Shown: in pieces, positions 22,423 through 35,685 of the stretch
Layout of the letters: every line of letters begins with the position of its first letter
Numbering within the stretch: the first letter of the stretch is position 1
Source: Squalus acanthias
Lineage: Eukaryota
Direction of reading: 5' to 3'
Assembly: GCA_030390025.1 (NCBI GenBank)
Contig: JASTWF010000036.1
Span: forward strand, 1,736,001-1,800,000
Length of the DNA: 64,000 nucleotides
Program-made: the position numbers and the translations under genes
The notes under the pieces: generated by a model
Database searches by the model: none
Seen by the model: the letters and a program-made list of their open reading frames with translations, nothing else
Told to the model about the DNA's origin: nothing

Positions 22423-22991
22423 CCGAGGAGATGATGGTCAGAGGGCATAGGGGGCACAGCATTCACACAACAATCCACTCCAGCCAGCAGATCCTTGTTG
22501 ATGCGAATCACACTGTCCCCTCTGTTGACCAGTGGGCACTGCCACCCACTTGTGTTCTACCCTCCTCCCACCTATAATGAGCTGACAGCAGAGCTTCGAA
22601 GGTGGTGGTCAAGGTCATTTCTTTGCCATGGTTTCCCAAGCACATTAAGAGATGAAGCAGTCATGTGCCTTTGCAAGGAAGGAACTTGGTCTGTTTTAAA
22701 ATTAACAAGCCCATCGCCCGTACATTGACAAAGAAAACTGAGCGAGGTCTAATTTGTGTGTGTGTGTAGTAGTAAGGAGGAGCAGTGCAGCCATCGACAG
22801 TAGGCCGGAGCTTCAGCCTCCCCTCCTATTAGAAAATCGAAGGACAGCTGCTCTACAGTCACTTCACGTGCTCTCCGACCACTGCACCGATCTCAGGGCA
22901 ATCCACAGGTTCACTCCCTTATACTGAATCCTGCTTTCACAATGAGAGTAGAGTGTACAGTTCTGGTTGCCACTCTCTAAAAGGAGCAAGC

Positions 22992-23350
22992 TAGGATTGC
23001 CAACTCCTCCAGGATTGCCCTGGAGTCTCCAGGAATCAAAGATTAATCTACAGGACACTGCTGGGAGTGACACCTAGAAAAATCATAGAAGCATTCAATT
23101 AAAATCATTTTCTTTTAACACTTTTGTTTGTTAGTTATAAAAATGTTGGAGATGGTGAAGAAAAGGCTGACAGTCAAGAATCATCCAATCGGGTAAGGAA
23201 GATTCTGCTCGCTTTCCAATTGGCTGCGGGAAGGCGGTGCGCCACAGGGATGGACATGTTGGCTGACCAATGGCGGGAGGGTGGAGGCGGGGCAGTTGGA
23301 GCCACAAAGGTCATGTGATGACACCTCCAGGAATACGTCCAACCCTCGCA
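22992..23350 (+). mobile_element. Non-autonomous hAT-like repeat (TAGGGTTGCCA-type end); inverted copy at ~58790-59044 and a stub at ~33576
   Basis: TAGGATTGCCAACTCCTCCAGGATTG start; GGTCATGTGATG...CCTCCAGGAATA.GTCCAACC recurs in reverse at ~58795-58830. Confidence 0.5.
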
Positions 23351-23407
23351 GGGAGACTTGTTTCTCTGAACCGGTAGGCAGGTTAAGGGTCGAGTCATAT
23401 TTGTTTT

Positions 23408-23961
23408 ATAAGAACACAAGAATTCAGAGCAGGAGTAGGCCATTTGGCCCCTCGAGCCTGCTCCGCCATTCAATAAGATCATGGCTGATCATCGACCTCA
23501 ACTCCACTTTCCCGCCTGATCTCCATATCCCTTGATTCCCCGAGAGTCCAAAAATCTATCGATCTCAGCCTCGAATATACTCAACGACTGAGCGTCCACA
23601 GCCCTCTGGAGCGGAGAATTCCAAAGATTCACCACCCTCTGAGTGAAGAAATTCCTCCTCATCTCAGTCCCAAATGGCCAACTCCTTATCCTGAGACTAT
23701 GACCCCTAGTTCTAGACACTCCAGCCAGGGGGAAACAGCCTCTCAGCATCTACCCTGTCAATCCCCTTCAGAATCTTGTATGTTTCAATGAGATCACCTC
23801 TCATTCTTCTAAACTCTAGAGAGTATAGGCCCATTCTACACAATCTCTCATCATAGGACAATCCCCTCATCCCAGGAATCAATCCAGTGAACCTTCGTTG
23901 CACTGCCTCCAAGGCAAGTATGTCCTTCCTCAGATAAGGAGACCAAAATTGTGCACAGTAT
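23408..23961 (-). mobile_element. CR1 LINE 3' fragment
   Basis: Encodes EAVQRRFTGLIPGMRGLSYDERL and TRGHSLRI...RNFFTQRVVNLWNS. Confidence 0.88.
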
Positions 23962-23996
23962 CACCTATTTTGTGTATAGGTGGCAACACTCTTGAC

Positions 23997-24134
23997 CAAC
24001 GTTCCCTCTAAACTGTGCGGTGCACTCTGCCAGTCCCACGCAGCCCAGGACTGGTTTTGCCCATGTTAAATTCCGCGCATGCCCGAAACTGTGAACGGGC
24101 TGCTCACCCAAAAAAAAACTGAGGGGGAACATTG
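23997..24134. mobile_element. 138-bp hAT-like MITE
   Basis: TIRs CAACGTTCCCTCT and ...GGGGGAACATTG; flanking 8-mers CTCTTGAC/TTCTTGAT (6/8) fit an 8-bp TSD. Confidence 0.7.
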
Positions 24135-26497
24135 TTCTTGATGATTTTTTTTTGGATGTAATTTTAATTTAATTATTCTGAGCGTGACACTCGTGGCTCC
24201 ATAATTATGACTCCGTCTGTCACATCAAACCAAAGAGCGGGAAAATGACAGAGAAGATATTCAGTGCTTGTGAGGCAAAAACATGCCTTCTGCGAAAAAA
24301 ATTACATATTCATCATCACTTTAGCTTGGAAAGAAACACAAATAACATCTTTTGACCTTAGTTGCAGTGTTTTCAAGCCTTATTTAAACATTAATTTAAG
24401 GGGTTCATGATTCCACTAGAAGATTGAACGCCAGCGAAGAGCAGCCTCGGCTGTTGCCAGTGGCAACCTAAAATTTTGACAGCGTTTCCACCGGGATCTT
24501 TTCAAAATCAAAGCGTGATTCCTCTCTGAGGTGCAGTCTGCAGATGGAAGCTTCTGTCTGTTTAAGGAGGTCAAAAAATAGGGTGCTTTTGTAAAGCTTG
24601 TGACAGACTGGGTGTCAGTCACAGCCTTGCATAGTACGGAACAGATGGCCTGTTTAAAATTAAGGAATTTCTGGCTTGCAAACCTGAAGTTCCTTGATGT
24701 AAACAAATTGCTCTGATGGCATCATCCCTGTAAGGGAGTTAACTTGTATTTTCGACAATTACTGGTTCGGGATTTTCTTTTCTGGCCAATTTTCTCGCCC
24801 CCGAGGTGTCGCGGATTGGCAATCCAGGGGGACATCATAACCGAGCCCCACCCCATCCTCAAGCAATGAGCATTTCGAGGAGAGGGTTGCTGGACAACGA
24901 TCAGGACCGAGGACTGGAATTTTGCTTCCTCACATATTCAGGGCCAAATGTAGCCCCCAGCTGAGATAAGTTACACCAGCTCACGCCAGGGATCAAAGTT
25001 GCTGGTCTCTGTGCCTCATCTATTCGCTGGATAAAGTCACGGGGGCTGAGTTTAACTTTTGGTGGTGACGGCAAGCGGGTGGTATGGGTTGGTCGCCCGA
25101 AGGAATTGAGTCTTGAAGGGTCAGTCCTGACTGGCTCCTGGGTGTATCTCTGACAAAGTAAGATCCAATGTACAAATCTACTTCTACGTAGTGGTGTCAG
25201 ACAGCGATCAAGATCAAAAGTCACTGTAATCTTAAGCCAGCAAAAATGCATTGGCTTGTTAGTTTTCAAAAGGTAAATGTTGACAATCTAAAAATGTTAA
25301 TGGGCCAAAACACTGCTGCCCAAGTAAGGCATCTGCTCTAGACAAGGTCTTCTTATTTGGTCAATATTTGTCTCGCTGCTGTTTGTGGGAGCTTGCTGTG
25401 CACAAATTGGCTGCCGCGTTTCCCACATTACAACAGTGACTGCACTTCAAAAGTACTTCATTGGCTGTAAAGCGCTTTGGGATGTCCTGAGGTTGTGAAA
25501 GGCGCTATAGAAATGCAAGTCTTTCTTTTCCATCAGCTGCACTTCTGAGTAGCAATGCTCTGACCGATCTTGAGCTGATGAAAATGTGGATCTATGAATC
25601 TACCACTGGGTTAAAGCTGCCTGTTGCTGCAACGTAAAGGCAGACAGCTGATCCCACGCGTTATGTGTGCTCAAAAATAGTCTTCCTTGTAATGCTGGCT
25701 TGGGCTTTGCGTCAGGGTGGCCCCATGAATTCTACCAGAATTTGTTCCAGGTTGTAGCACAGGTGAAACTGCTCTATAACATGACAGAGCCAGCTATTAT
25801 GTCAATGAGCATGGGTCAGACCGCCGCCATTTTGCTTTAAAGTCACTTGTAGCCGTGTCCTTCTAAGATTTTGTCATCTCCACCTGAAGCCCTGTTCTTC
25901 CTGAATTACCTGTCTCTCTCTCTCTCTCCTCATGTCCATCCATTACAATTGAATCCCTCCCAGATTCTACATGCCCTTGGAAAAAAATGACCAACAGGCT
26001 TGAAAATGAAACCATTGCAGTTAATGCTGCCCTTATCATCTACCTTTCACTCATGATTCAAGTGCCACTTCCTGGTTCTGACTTAGTGGTTGATGTGTGC
26101 CCTGATTCAAGTTTTTAGTTCCTGCCTCATCCAGTGTACTGATGGACACTTCAGTTCCTGACTCACTCAGTGCTATGAAGGACACTCTAGTCTCTGACTC
26201 ATTCAGTGTTTCAATGAGTACCCAACTCAATAGAAACTCCTGTTTCTCCCTAATCAAGAAATCATATAATACAGTCACTCAAAAGCATGATCCCCTGCTA
26301 TACTGCTGAATGATATCTCACAACCTCAGATCTAACTTATCATTTATGACTCAGATACAGAAACTACATAAAACCTTCTCCCAGTTCGCTTTCATTGAGT
26401 ATTTGTATCGCAAGATAGCACAGCCCCCTTTTAAGATCAGGTGAGTTATTTCCTTCTCCTCCCCCGCTTGGCATTTGCCAAGTGTCCACTATGATGC

Positions 26498-26902
26498 TTA
26501 AACATTCACTCCCTCCACCACCGGCGCACCGTGGCTGCAGTGTGTTCTATCTACAAGATGCACTGCAGCAACTCGCCAAGGTTTCTTCAGCAGCACCTCT
26601 CAAACCCGCAACCTCTACCACCTAGAAGGACAAGGGCAGCAGGCGCATGGGAACCACCACCTCCAAGTTCCCCTGCAAGTCACACACCATCCTGACTTGG
26701 AAATATATCGGCCATTCCTTCATCGTCGCTGGGCCAAAATCCTGGAACTCCCTCCTTAACAGCACTGTGGGAGCATCTTCACCACACGGACTGCAGTGGT
26801 TCAAGAAGGCGGCTCACCACCACCTTCTCAAGGGCAACTAGGGATGGGCATAAATGTTGGCCTTGCCAGCGACGCCCACATCCTGTGTATGAATAAAAAA
26901 AA
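26498..26902 (+). mobile_element. 3' fragment of the 1-1193 LINE family
   Basis: Encodes SFIVAGPKSWNSL...HHHLLKGN and has an A-rich tail. Confidence 0.88.
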
Positions 26903-27129
26903 TCTGAGGTATTCTCCATTCAGAGTTGCAGTTAGTTCACCCCCAACGCACCCCCGTATAATTCTAGGTATCATACTCGCTTGTCATTCTTCCTGCCCTG
27001 CCAGCTTAAGTATCGATCCATTTGTTCTGGGCTTGCGTTTCATTTAAGTCCGTATAAATCAAAACTTTAAAAAAGTATTGCCATAATGCCGGCCTTGTCC
27101 ATGAAACGGCTGTGAGCTTGGATGTTCTA

Positions 27130-27386
27130 GCCTCTTGAGCATCCCCGATTTTCATCGCTCAACCATTGGTGACCGTGCCTTCAGTTTCTTAGGCCCTGAG
27201 CTCTGAAATTCCCTGCCTAAATCTCTCCACCTCTCTGGTCCTTTAAGACGCTCCTTAAAACCTACCTCTTCTGTCCTAATATCTCCTTATGTGGCCCGAT
27301 GTCAACATTCTTTCTGATAACGCTCCTGTGAAGCGCCTTGGGACGTTTTACTACGTTAAAGGCGCTATATAAATGAAAGTTGTTGT
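27130..27386 (+). mobile_element. L2 LINE 3' fragment
   Basis: Same family as 9330-9735. Confidence 0.75.
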
Positions 27387-28357
27387 ATGTATGTTGAGTT
27401 GAAGCTCGCTTGGAATCCTGTTGCGGTCACCTGACCACGGAGGGGGAGAAATAGACAAGTCAACCACTTCAAGAAATTTAAAGCAGGAGTGTCCAGGTGG
27501 GATGAACATCTCTTGTCTGCTGGCTGTGAGGGTCCAATGTGATATGAGTTTGAGCAGTCTCAATCCAGTTCTGAGACTGATAGCGTGGAGGGAGCGATAC
27601 TCTGCATTTCCGCGGCGCTGCTTTCCACTTGTCATAGCATACACATTGTGGAGGAAATCCTGTGAGACTCCACTCCCAGCGTAGAGCCTCGATGGTGGTG
27701 GCAGAGATGGGGGCTACAACATTGTCACCTGATTTTCCGACTCGCCGCAGGTGAGGCTCCATGCCATGGGGGGGGGGGGGCGGAGCCTCCCAAAATGACC
27801 CTCTCTACGTCATCCCCAACATCTTCAGCCACCATGCCCACACGGTCACAGCATCAGTAGAGGTGTCGGAGCAGACTGCTCAGCTGCCCTACCAGCCAGT
27901 GAATGGACACACATGAACGCAAAGGCTGCCACGTGACTAGAAACAGAGATCCTCACCTTCAGAAAAGAATCAAGTGATTCCCAACCAGAGGGAAGAGACC
28001 TTCCCTTGTGCTGATCAAGGCTTTCTGACTGGAAATAAGGCATTTCAAGTAGGGGCGGGGAAAATAGAAATGAACGTTTGAATGAGGAGAGTAAAAATAA
28101 ATTTAGAGAAAATGTTGGGCACCCAACATCTCTAATTTTTTTTGTCAAGTGCCCCTCTCCTCCTCTCTTGTAGCCATTGGCATCTTGTAGGGGATGGTAC
28201 AGGGACTGACTGGGCACCCTCCAGTTTCTTTCCCTAGTGGCCATTATTCAAATCGGAGTTTTGGTATTTGGCCATCACAATGAGACCTGATTTTGTCCTC
28301 ATTCCATGGGGTCACGGGCCAGTGTGCAAGTACAAGAATTTGAGTCAATTTCCCTTC

Positions 28358-28778
28358 TGGGTTCAGAGTCCCACTCCAGAGACTTGAGCTCAAAAAACTA
28401 GGCTGACGCTCCCAGTGCAGTGCTGAGGGAGCGCCGCACTGTCGGAGGTGCCGTCTTTCGGATGAGATGTTAAACCGAGGCCCCGTCTGCTCTCTCAGGT
28501 GGATGTCAAAGATCCCATGGCAGTATTTTGTAGACGAGCAGGCGAGTTCTACCCGGTGTCCTGGCCAATATTTATCCCTCAACCAACGTAACAAAAACAG
28601 ATTATCTGGTCATTTTCACATTGCTGTTTGTGGGAGCTTGCTGTGCGCAAATTGGCTGCCGCGTTTCCTACATTACAACAGTGACTTCACTTCAAACAGT
28701 ACTTCATTGGTTGTAAAGCGCTTTGGGACGTTAGGTGGCCGTGAAAAGCGCCGTAGAAATGCAAGTCTTTCTTTCTTT
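28358..28778 (+). mobile_element. SacSINE1-like DeuSINE, 5'-truncated
   Basis: Box B region through (TCTT)n tail; ends ~850 bp upstream of the ASIC start codon. Confidence 0.85.
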
Positions 28779-29629
28779 ATACAGTGCAGTCTGAAGAAAA
28801 TGAAATCTGCTGTTGCATTGGACCTAACGCTGAAATGCTCCTGCTGTTATCAGAGGGTTAAACATTTTCTGGATATGTGTGGCTCAGAAACAATCGAATG
28901 TCATGATTCCGACAAAGTGTCGGCACATAGCTGACAGCTCGGTGAAGGACAGGAAGGAGAGTGTTAACAGGACTGCTGCTAGTGCAACACGGAGCTGCTT
29001 GAGTTCATTTAAGCGGCCTTTTATTGGCGAGTCTTAATCAGTGTTTATACAGCAGCTTTGTCGCTATGACTCCCTGTCATTCACTCCAGCCAGCTCCGAG
29101 CTCTGGCCAGCATCTCATCAGTACCTTTAATTGGCCGCTTGCCTGTCTCCTCCCAGTCTTGCTGCCTCTCCAGTCTGTCTCCCCGATGCTAATACAGAAC
29201 TTGGTTGACAGAGGGAGCTGCTCTCCCTTGTGCTTTTTCTTGTTTGTTGCCAACCCCTTTCTTCCTCAGATCAGTGGATTGTAAATAGCATGTCGGAGTG
29301 GCGAGGGACATCCCAAAGAAGAGTGCGGGATGGGGTATCTGCCATGGACCTTTGAGAGAGGACAAAGAAGGTTAATGCAGGATCCTCTATTGGGGGCATT
29401 CGTTCAGTGCTCTGCACCTACTCTGTAACTGAGCTGCAGACTGAGCTGTTCAGTCACCACCAGTGTCGAGGAGTATGCACACAGAGTGGATATTGCCAGA
29501 GAAGCTTGCAAGCACTCTTTTTCTCTCTCTCTCTCTTGTTCTTCAAAGAAGCCACAGCTGTTGTCAAGGTAAGAAGGGCTTGAATGATGGCAGTGGTCCA
29601 CTGCTGTAGTTAACGCCAGCAGGATAATT

Positions 29630-30193
29630 ATGGGCCTCAGTTGCAAGGGTGACCATTCTCTGCATGAAGTCACCGACCCATTCCTGGAGCACACGAAATT
29701 CCATGGCATCAGGTATATCTTCTGCAAGCGTCTCTCCTATCAGCGTCGGGTGCTATGGCTCGTAGCTTTCCTCGCCTCCTTTGGGCTCCTCTGCACATGG
29801 TCCTCCAACAGGATTAGGTATCTGCTCTCCACTCCAGTCCACACAAAACTCCACATGATTTGGGCCAAGAACCTCTCGTTCCCGGCCGTCACGATTTGCA
29901 ACAACAACATGCTGATTCTCCGAAGGATGACGAAGTCAGATGTCTACCTGACTGGCCACTGGCTGGGTCTCCTCAACGAAAGTCGCAGCGTCAACCCGAC
30001 AGCTCGGGAGATTCTAAAGGACAAGCGCTGGAAATGGTTTGAAAAGTTGCTGGATTTCTCGCACTTCTTGCCACCTCGAGCCACAGAAAACGTCATGTTC
30101 AAACTTCTCAATCGCCTAGGTCACCAAATTGAGGACATGGTCCTCGACTGCAGGTTCCGAGGGCGGCTGTGTGGTCCACAGAACTTTACAACC
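29630..30193 (+). CDS. asic1c: Acid-sensing ion channel (DEG/ENaC family) first coding exon, 188 codons; ASIC2b-like N-terminus, probably asic1c/ASIC3 lineage
   Basis: Pre-TM1 HG motif (TKFHG), TM1 (RRVLWLVAFLASFGLLCTWSS), FPAVTICNNN, RLGHQIEDMVLDCRFRG.LCGPQNFTT; phase-0 donor ACC|GTGAGT at the usual ASIC exon-1 boundary. The ASIC call is firm; the paralogue symbol is from recollection and could instead be ASIC2. Confidence 0.88.
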
Positions 30194-30532
30194 GTGAGTC
30201 CCCCTACATTTGTCTTGCTTGATTCTAGGTGTGTGCGAGCTATCAGAATATTGAGATATGGATTCCAAGCAGAAACAAGTGTTTAGAACCAAAATCATGC
30301 AGTTGGCTTGAACTTGTTAACTCTGAGGTGTCACTGAGGTTCAGCGCCACAGTGACCTTCTAGTCTTCCAAAGCCCTCTGGAGCGTTTTATCCAGACTCT
30401 CGCCAGTGAGTAAGCTCTCAAGTTGTTTTATCCTCCTCCTTGCAGTTCAGTTGAGAAGACAGCACAAAAGTGGGGAACTAGCTGTATTGTGTCGGAATAG
30501 GGTGAAGTAAGAGTGTGCTACCACAAGATATC

Positions 30533-30757
30533 TTTTAAATCTTTGGAATTCTCTACCCCAGAGGGCTATGGAGGCTCAGTCCTTGAGTATATTCAAGACA
30601 GAGATCGAGAGATTTTTGGATACTAAGGGATATGGGGATCGGGCGGGAAGGTGGAGATGAGGTAGAAGATCAGCCATGATCTTATTGAATGGAGGAGCAG
30701 GCTCGAGGGGCCGAATGGCCTACTCCTGCTCCTATTCCACATGTTCGTATGTTCTCA
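30533..30757 (+). mobile_element. CR1 LINE 3' fragment
   Basis: AATCTTTGGAATTCTCTACCCCAGAGGGCT...GGCCGAATGGCC tail. Confidence 0.82.
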
Positions 30758-30917
30758 TATTTCAAGCTATGCATCCATCTGAAGCGATGTGTGTGTGAAT
30801 GAGTTTCTTCAGCCTCTTTGGTAATTTTGCCATATCTCCGATTTATTTAAATCAACTTATTCAAAAACTTCACAATCTGTTATTTATTTATTAACACTGA
30901 TCACCTCCACCTTTAAA

Positions 30918-31362
30918 GAGAGACTTGCATTTATATAGCTCCTTTCACGACCTCAGGATGTCCCAAAGCGCTTTAAAGCCAATTAAGTATTTGAAGTGGA
31001 GTCACTGTTGTAATGTAGGAAACACAGCAGCCAATTTGCGCACAGCAAGCTCCCACAAACAGCAATGTGATAATGACCAGACAATCTGTTTTAGTTATGC
31101 TGATTGAGGGATAAATATTGGCCAGGACACCAGGGAGAACTCCCCTGCTCTTCTTCGAAAGATTATAGTTTTATTGTGTTTTGTCTTAAACACATAAATT
31201 TTATGTATACATATAAAAACTATGCATGCCACTGTGAAAAGGACCTATGTTCCATACATTACAACAGTGACGACACTTCAAAAGTCCTTCATTGGCTGTG
31301 AAACACTTTGGGAGGTCCTGAAGTCGTGAAAGGCGCTATAGAAATGCAAGTTCTTACTTTTT
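30918..31362. mobile_element. Two DeuSINE 3' fragments in opposite orientation (~30918-31160 minus; ~31250-31362 plus)
   Basis: Match to the SINE tail on each strand. Confidence 0.75.
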
Positions 31363-33002
31363 TGTGCGTCTCTTGATGGGTTTGGAATCAGACTTGCCCC
31401 GTGTTCATAACGCCGGACTCCTCGTAACACCTGAAGATTGGCGACTGTGATATTTGCTCATTATCAATTTAAGCCCAATAAAATGTCGCCCTTTCTCCTG
31501 GTTACTATGTGGAGTGTTGAACTGCTTTCTCGTTCGAATTCATCTTCTTACCTTAAACAACAGAGTACACACACACACATACAGTTGTAACAATGCAAGA
31601 TTGTGTCTTTATTGAGACACCAGACTCATGATTCCCGTATGAGTGCTGCTATACAGTGATTCACTCACATTTATATACCATTTTTGCCTTTGATCATTAC
31701 ATACCACCAATAAATCGTAGTACAACAAAGATACATAAAAGTGACAGCAGAATAACAAAGATGGACCCAGCAAAATGCACTAAGCCCTTCTTAATCTCTT
31801 CCAATCATCTTGTTACCATGGCTACATTGCCCTCTTAAACTCAGTCCCATTCTCCAGAAACACAAGTGACCAGACTGACATACTCTAGACCATCACAGAC
31901 ATGGCTGAGCGACTTTCACACAATTCCATCGCCCTCCTTAACTGTGGAGATACATTTGCCTTAAACCCCCCTTACACAATACACAGCTTACAATCCCATG
32001 TTCAGCAGAAAGCTGTTTTAACTCATCGTGCATTGGGTGTCCAACAGGCTGCCCGGGACATTGAGGTACTCAGGCTAGTGTGGACTCTCATTCCCACATG
32101 GAGGTCCTGCCCGACGAGTTAGCATGCCTCAGAGATCTTGGACTGAATGCGTTACTGCATTCACATCAGAGTATAGGGAAGGCTACAAGCTTACATCCTA
32201 CGCATTGTAAAGAAGATTAGTCACTCATTTGTGCAGCTAATTGCTAACAGAAACTGTAGCCACATCTATCTATACCCAAGCCTCCTTTTATCTGCTGCCG
32301 GCTGTCACTCTCTCCCTAGCTGCTTCCTCTCCCTCAGCAATGCTGAGAGAAAGTGCACATTAACAGTCGATTTTTATTTTTTGTCCATAAAAGAAATTCA
32401 GTCATGTAAAACATTCTTTTCAGTTGCCATTGAGCCTTGTTATTCAATGCGAAGAACAGAGACCATAAGACTGTGTTTGTGCTGGTTGGACCAGCTGTCA
32501 CTTTGATGTATGAGCTTCTGTGTTCCTGAATTGAACCTTTTTAGGAGCAGGGTATTTGACAAAAGCCCACCTTTACAGTAAATGCACCAGCCTGGCCTCG
32601 ACTTCTGAGGGCTTTGGCGAGCTTTCTCGTGTCGTTGGGTTTGTCGGACGTAAAACTCTGAGCAACACAATCATGTTTTTGTCTTAGGACCTTGCGATCT
32701 TCAGGTATAATTCAGGAACGCTGCAGTAATAACGTGGAAAGTGATGCTGGCTTTTTAAGTGATGTTGCGATGGTGCTGGAGGGGGGGAAGCGGTGTGGTG
32801 CCATGCATATCTGATAAGATGCGCTTGCAGTTATTATAAGGTCAGTAGTATTGACCGGGCAAAATCAGTATAGCTGGTGTGCTGCTGGGCGGTGTGGACA
32901 ATGGCAGGCTTCAGGTTAGAGTTTGGAACTGACAAACTTGGAAGGTTGAATTGGATTGCTGTCGCATTGTAAAAGGTCACAAATGCCTTATATTGGGTCA
33001 CT

Positions 33003-33218
33003 AGCATTTATATAGCACCTTCAATGTAGTAAAACGTCCCAAGGCGCGTCACAGGAGCGATTATCAGACAAAATTTGACACCGAGCCACATAAGGAGATA
33101 TTAGGACAGGTAACCAAAAGCTTGGTCAAAGAGGTAGGTTTTAAGGAGCGTCTTAAAGGAGGAGAGAGAGGCGGAGAGGTTTAGGGAGGGAATTCCAGAG
33201 TTTGGTGTCTAGGCAGCT
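33003..33218 (-). mobile_element. L2 LINE 3' fragment
   Basis: Same family as 9330-9735, reverse strand. Confidence 0.8.
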
Positions 33219-33782
33219 GTGTAAATGTCCCCAGGGTATGAACGTCACAGCAAGCTTGCCCAACATCGAAGGTTTGGTGTAAAGCTCCCCGAATGGCTTC
33301 GTGGCGAAGTGCTCCAGTCAGTGTGCTGCTGAGCCCTACAGACCAAGAAGGTCCCAGGTTTGTGGTGACTTGCTGATTTCTGTTGGGGCAGTAATTGGGA
33401 CCCATCAGTTGGCCTCAGCATCACGCTCCACCCCCCTTATGTAAGGAAACACATCAGTCAGAGGTCCTGCTCCTGATCGCTATCCAGTGACTCCCCCAAC
33501 CCCCTCCGGAAATGCTTGTGTGTGTGAGGGTCAAGGTGGGGGCTAGGATAAAGCTTGGCTATGACGCCCTCCCACTAGGGATGCCAACCCTCCAGGATTG
33601 TCCATCAACCTTTAATGGGTTACTTCAAAACTAAACCTGATCAGAACTGAGCTAGCTCCCAAGTTAAGTGTGTTCTCCAGTGAAATGGGTCCTATTTAAT
33701 AAAGACCACCACAAAAAACCCAGATTGAACCAACCTGATTATTTGTGGTTGCCAAGCAACTTACCATCCAGCAGATAAGTAA

Positions 33783-34284
33783 TTTTAAAGTAATTGGTAG
33801 CAGGATTAGAGGGGAGTTGAGGAGAACTTTTTTCACCCAGAGGGTGGTGAGGGTCTGGAACTCACTGCCTGAAAGGGTGGTAGAGGCAGAAACCCTCATC
33901 ACATTTTAAAAAGTGCTTGGATGTGCACTTGAAGTGCTGTAACCTACAGGGCTACGGACCAAGAGCTGGAAAGTGGGATTAGGCTGGAGAGCTCTTTTTC
34001 GGCCGGCACAGACACGATGGGCCGAATGGCCTCCTTCTGTGCCGTAAACTTCTATGATTGACGTAATAAAGACTCACTACGCACTTGAACATAAAGCAAG
34101 GCTTTAATCAACTTGTAACAAAACATGGCAGTCTAGTTAGCAGTCACTAGCTTCCTGTTTCCAGATTGTCTCTGCCCAAGGTGGGCCCATGCCTGAGTAT
34201 TTATACTCCCTGGACGGCGCCCCAGCTGGCCGCCCAGTAGTACTTCCTGAGTTGTTACTTGCGATTTATGACAATGATTCTATG
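33783..34284 (+). mobile_element. CR1 3' fragment whose (TTCTATGA)n tail is split by a solo LTR
   Basis: TTCACCCAGAGGGTGGTGAGGGTCTGGAAC...GGCCGAATGGCC; the tail resumes at 34274. Confidence 0.82.
34059..34273 (-). mobile_element. 215-bp solo LTR (Gypsy-like size)
   Basis: TG...CA ends; 5-bp TSD ATGAT at 34054-34058 and 34274-34278; TATAAATA then ATTAAA on the minus strand. Confidence 0.82.
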
Positions 34285-35685
34285 AGATAAGAGTTTCGAC
34301 AGGTAGCCCATAATGCAATTTGAAACCGGGACCAAGTCCCCTGCCACCTGTGTCAGCTAAAGAATGGGACCCTAAGCCTGTGTCAAACAAAACAGGCCTC
34401 TCCTTTACTCTAATGGAGAGTTATGTTCCAAGCCCTATCAATATAAATATTTTATAAATACTGGCAGATCACCTGTGGCAGTGCTTACAGTGAGTTGGAG
34501 GACACACTAGGCCCATTGTCAGCAAATTATGACGGGGGAAAGTGTTGCAAGAAGTGTGTGGCATTTACAGGGACTGCGTTCTACACACAAGACCTTTAAA
34601 GCATTAATAGATTTTTTTTTTGAAACAATGTGGCCATCACTGGCAAGGCCGGCATTTATTGCCCATCCCTAGTTGCCCTCAAGAAGCTGGCTCGAGGAAG
34701 AGAAGCAGCAGCAACAAGGAGCTCGTGTGAGCTGTAGCTGCAGGGAGATCAGGTTGAAGGAGGCGAGCTTGCAGCAATCCCTGCTCGCCGAGCCCCGGCA
34801 ACCGGCCCAGGACAACGCAGCTACATGTTTCTGCGGAGCAGTGCGTAAGGAGGCTGCGTTGCTCCTGGGAGGCTGACCCAGAGTTGTGTCGCCTTCTGTG
34901 ACAAGACCTGCAAACGCTGGAAATACACAGAGGGTCAATCGCCGTCTGAAAGAGAAATAAAAGGTCGGCATTTTGACACGTGATCTGTCACCAGGATTTC
35001 CTCACGTTAAAATGTGAACCCATCTTTTCTCTCTAAAATAACCAGTAAGGAGACACTGTGAGTGTCATCAACTGCAAACCAAATAACCTTTAACCTTTAA
35101 CCTTTAACCTTTTTAAAGGGGCACAACTAATTAAAACTCAACTATAAAGGAAGCTTATCAAACGAAATAAAAACATGGTTCAGGAGATCCACTATGCCCC
35201 CCAGTCCCTCCGGTCGCGGAAGGCCTCAAGCACACCAGCGGGCACCACGTGCTCCCTCGCCAGGGCCACCCGGGCACAGACAAGACCGCGCGCGGCAGAG
35301 TATTTCAGCATGGTTTATATCATCATAGACTCATCGAGATTACAGCACAGATGGAGGCTATTTGACCCCTCGCATCTGTGCTGGTGCAAACTTTTCAACT
35401 GGAACTGTGCGCAAATCTTATTTCCTTGCCCTTTCCCTGTATCCTTTTGTATTCTTCCTTTTCAAATACTTATCTAATCCCTTTTAAATGATGTTACAGT
35501 TTCTGCTGCAATAGCTGCTTTTAGTAAAGCATTCCATGTTCGAATAACTCTTTGTATGAAATTATTTTTTCACCTTATCTAGTGATCATCTGCGTTTATG
35601 TTCATTTGTTACCAAGTCCCCAACCAATGAAAACAATCTTTCACTATTTACCCTCTCAGAACCTTTCATTATCTCAAAAACCTCT

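Noticed and set aside
30194..30286. ORF extension VSPPTFV... of the ASIC exon
   Set aside because: Intron read-through past the GTGAGT donor.
30340..30360. REST/RE1 site (TTCAGCGCCAC...)
   Set aside because: Only the left half resembles RE1; the GGACAG half is missing.
35084..35112. (TAACCTT)4 as an interstitial telomere
   Set aside because: A heptamer rather than TTAGGG, and too short.
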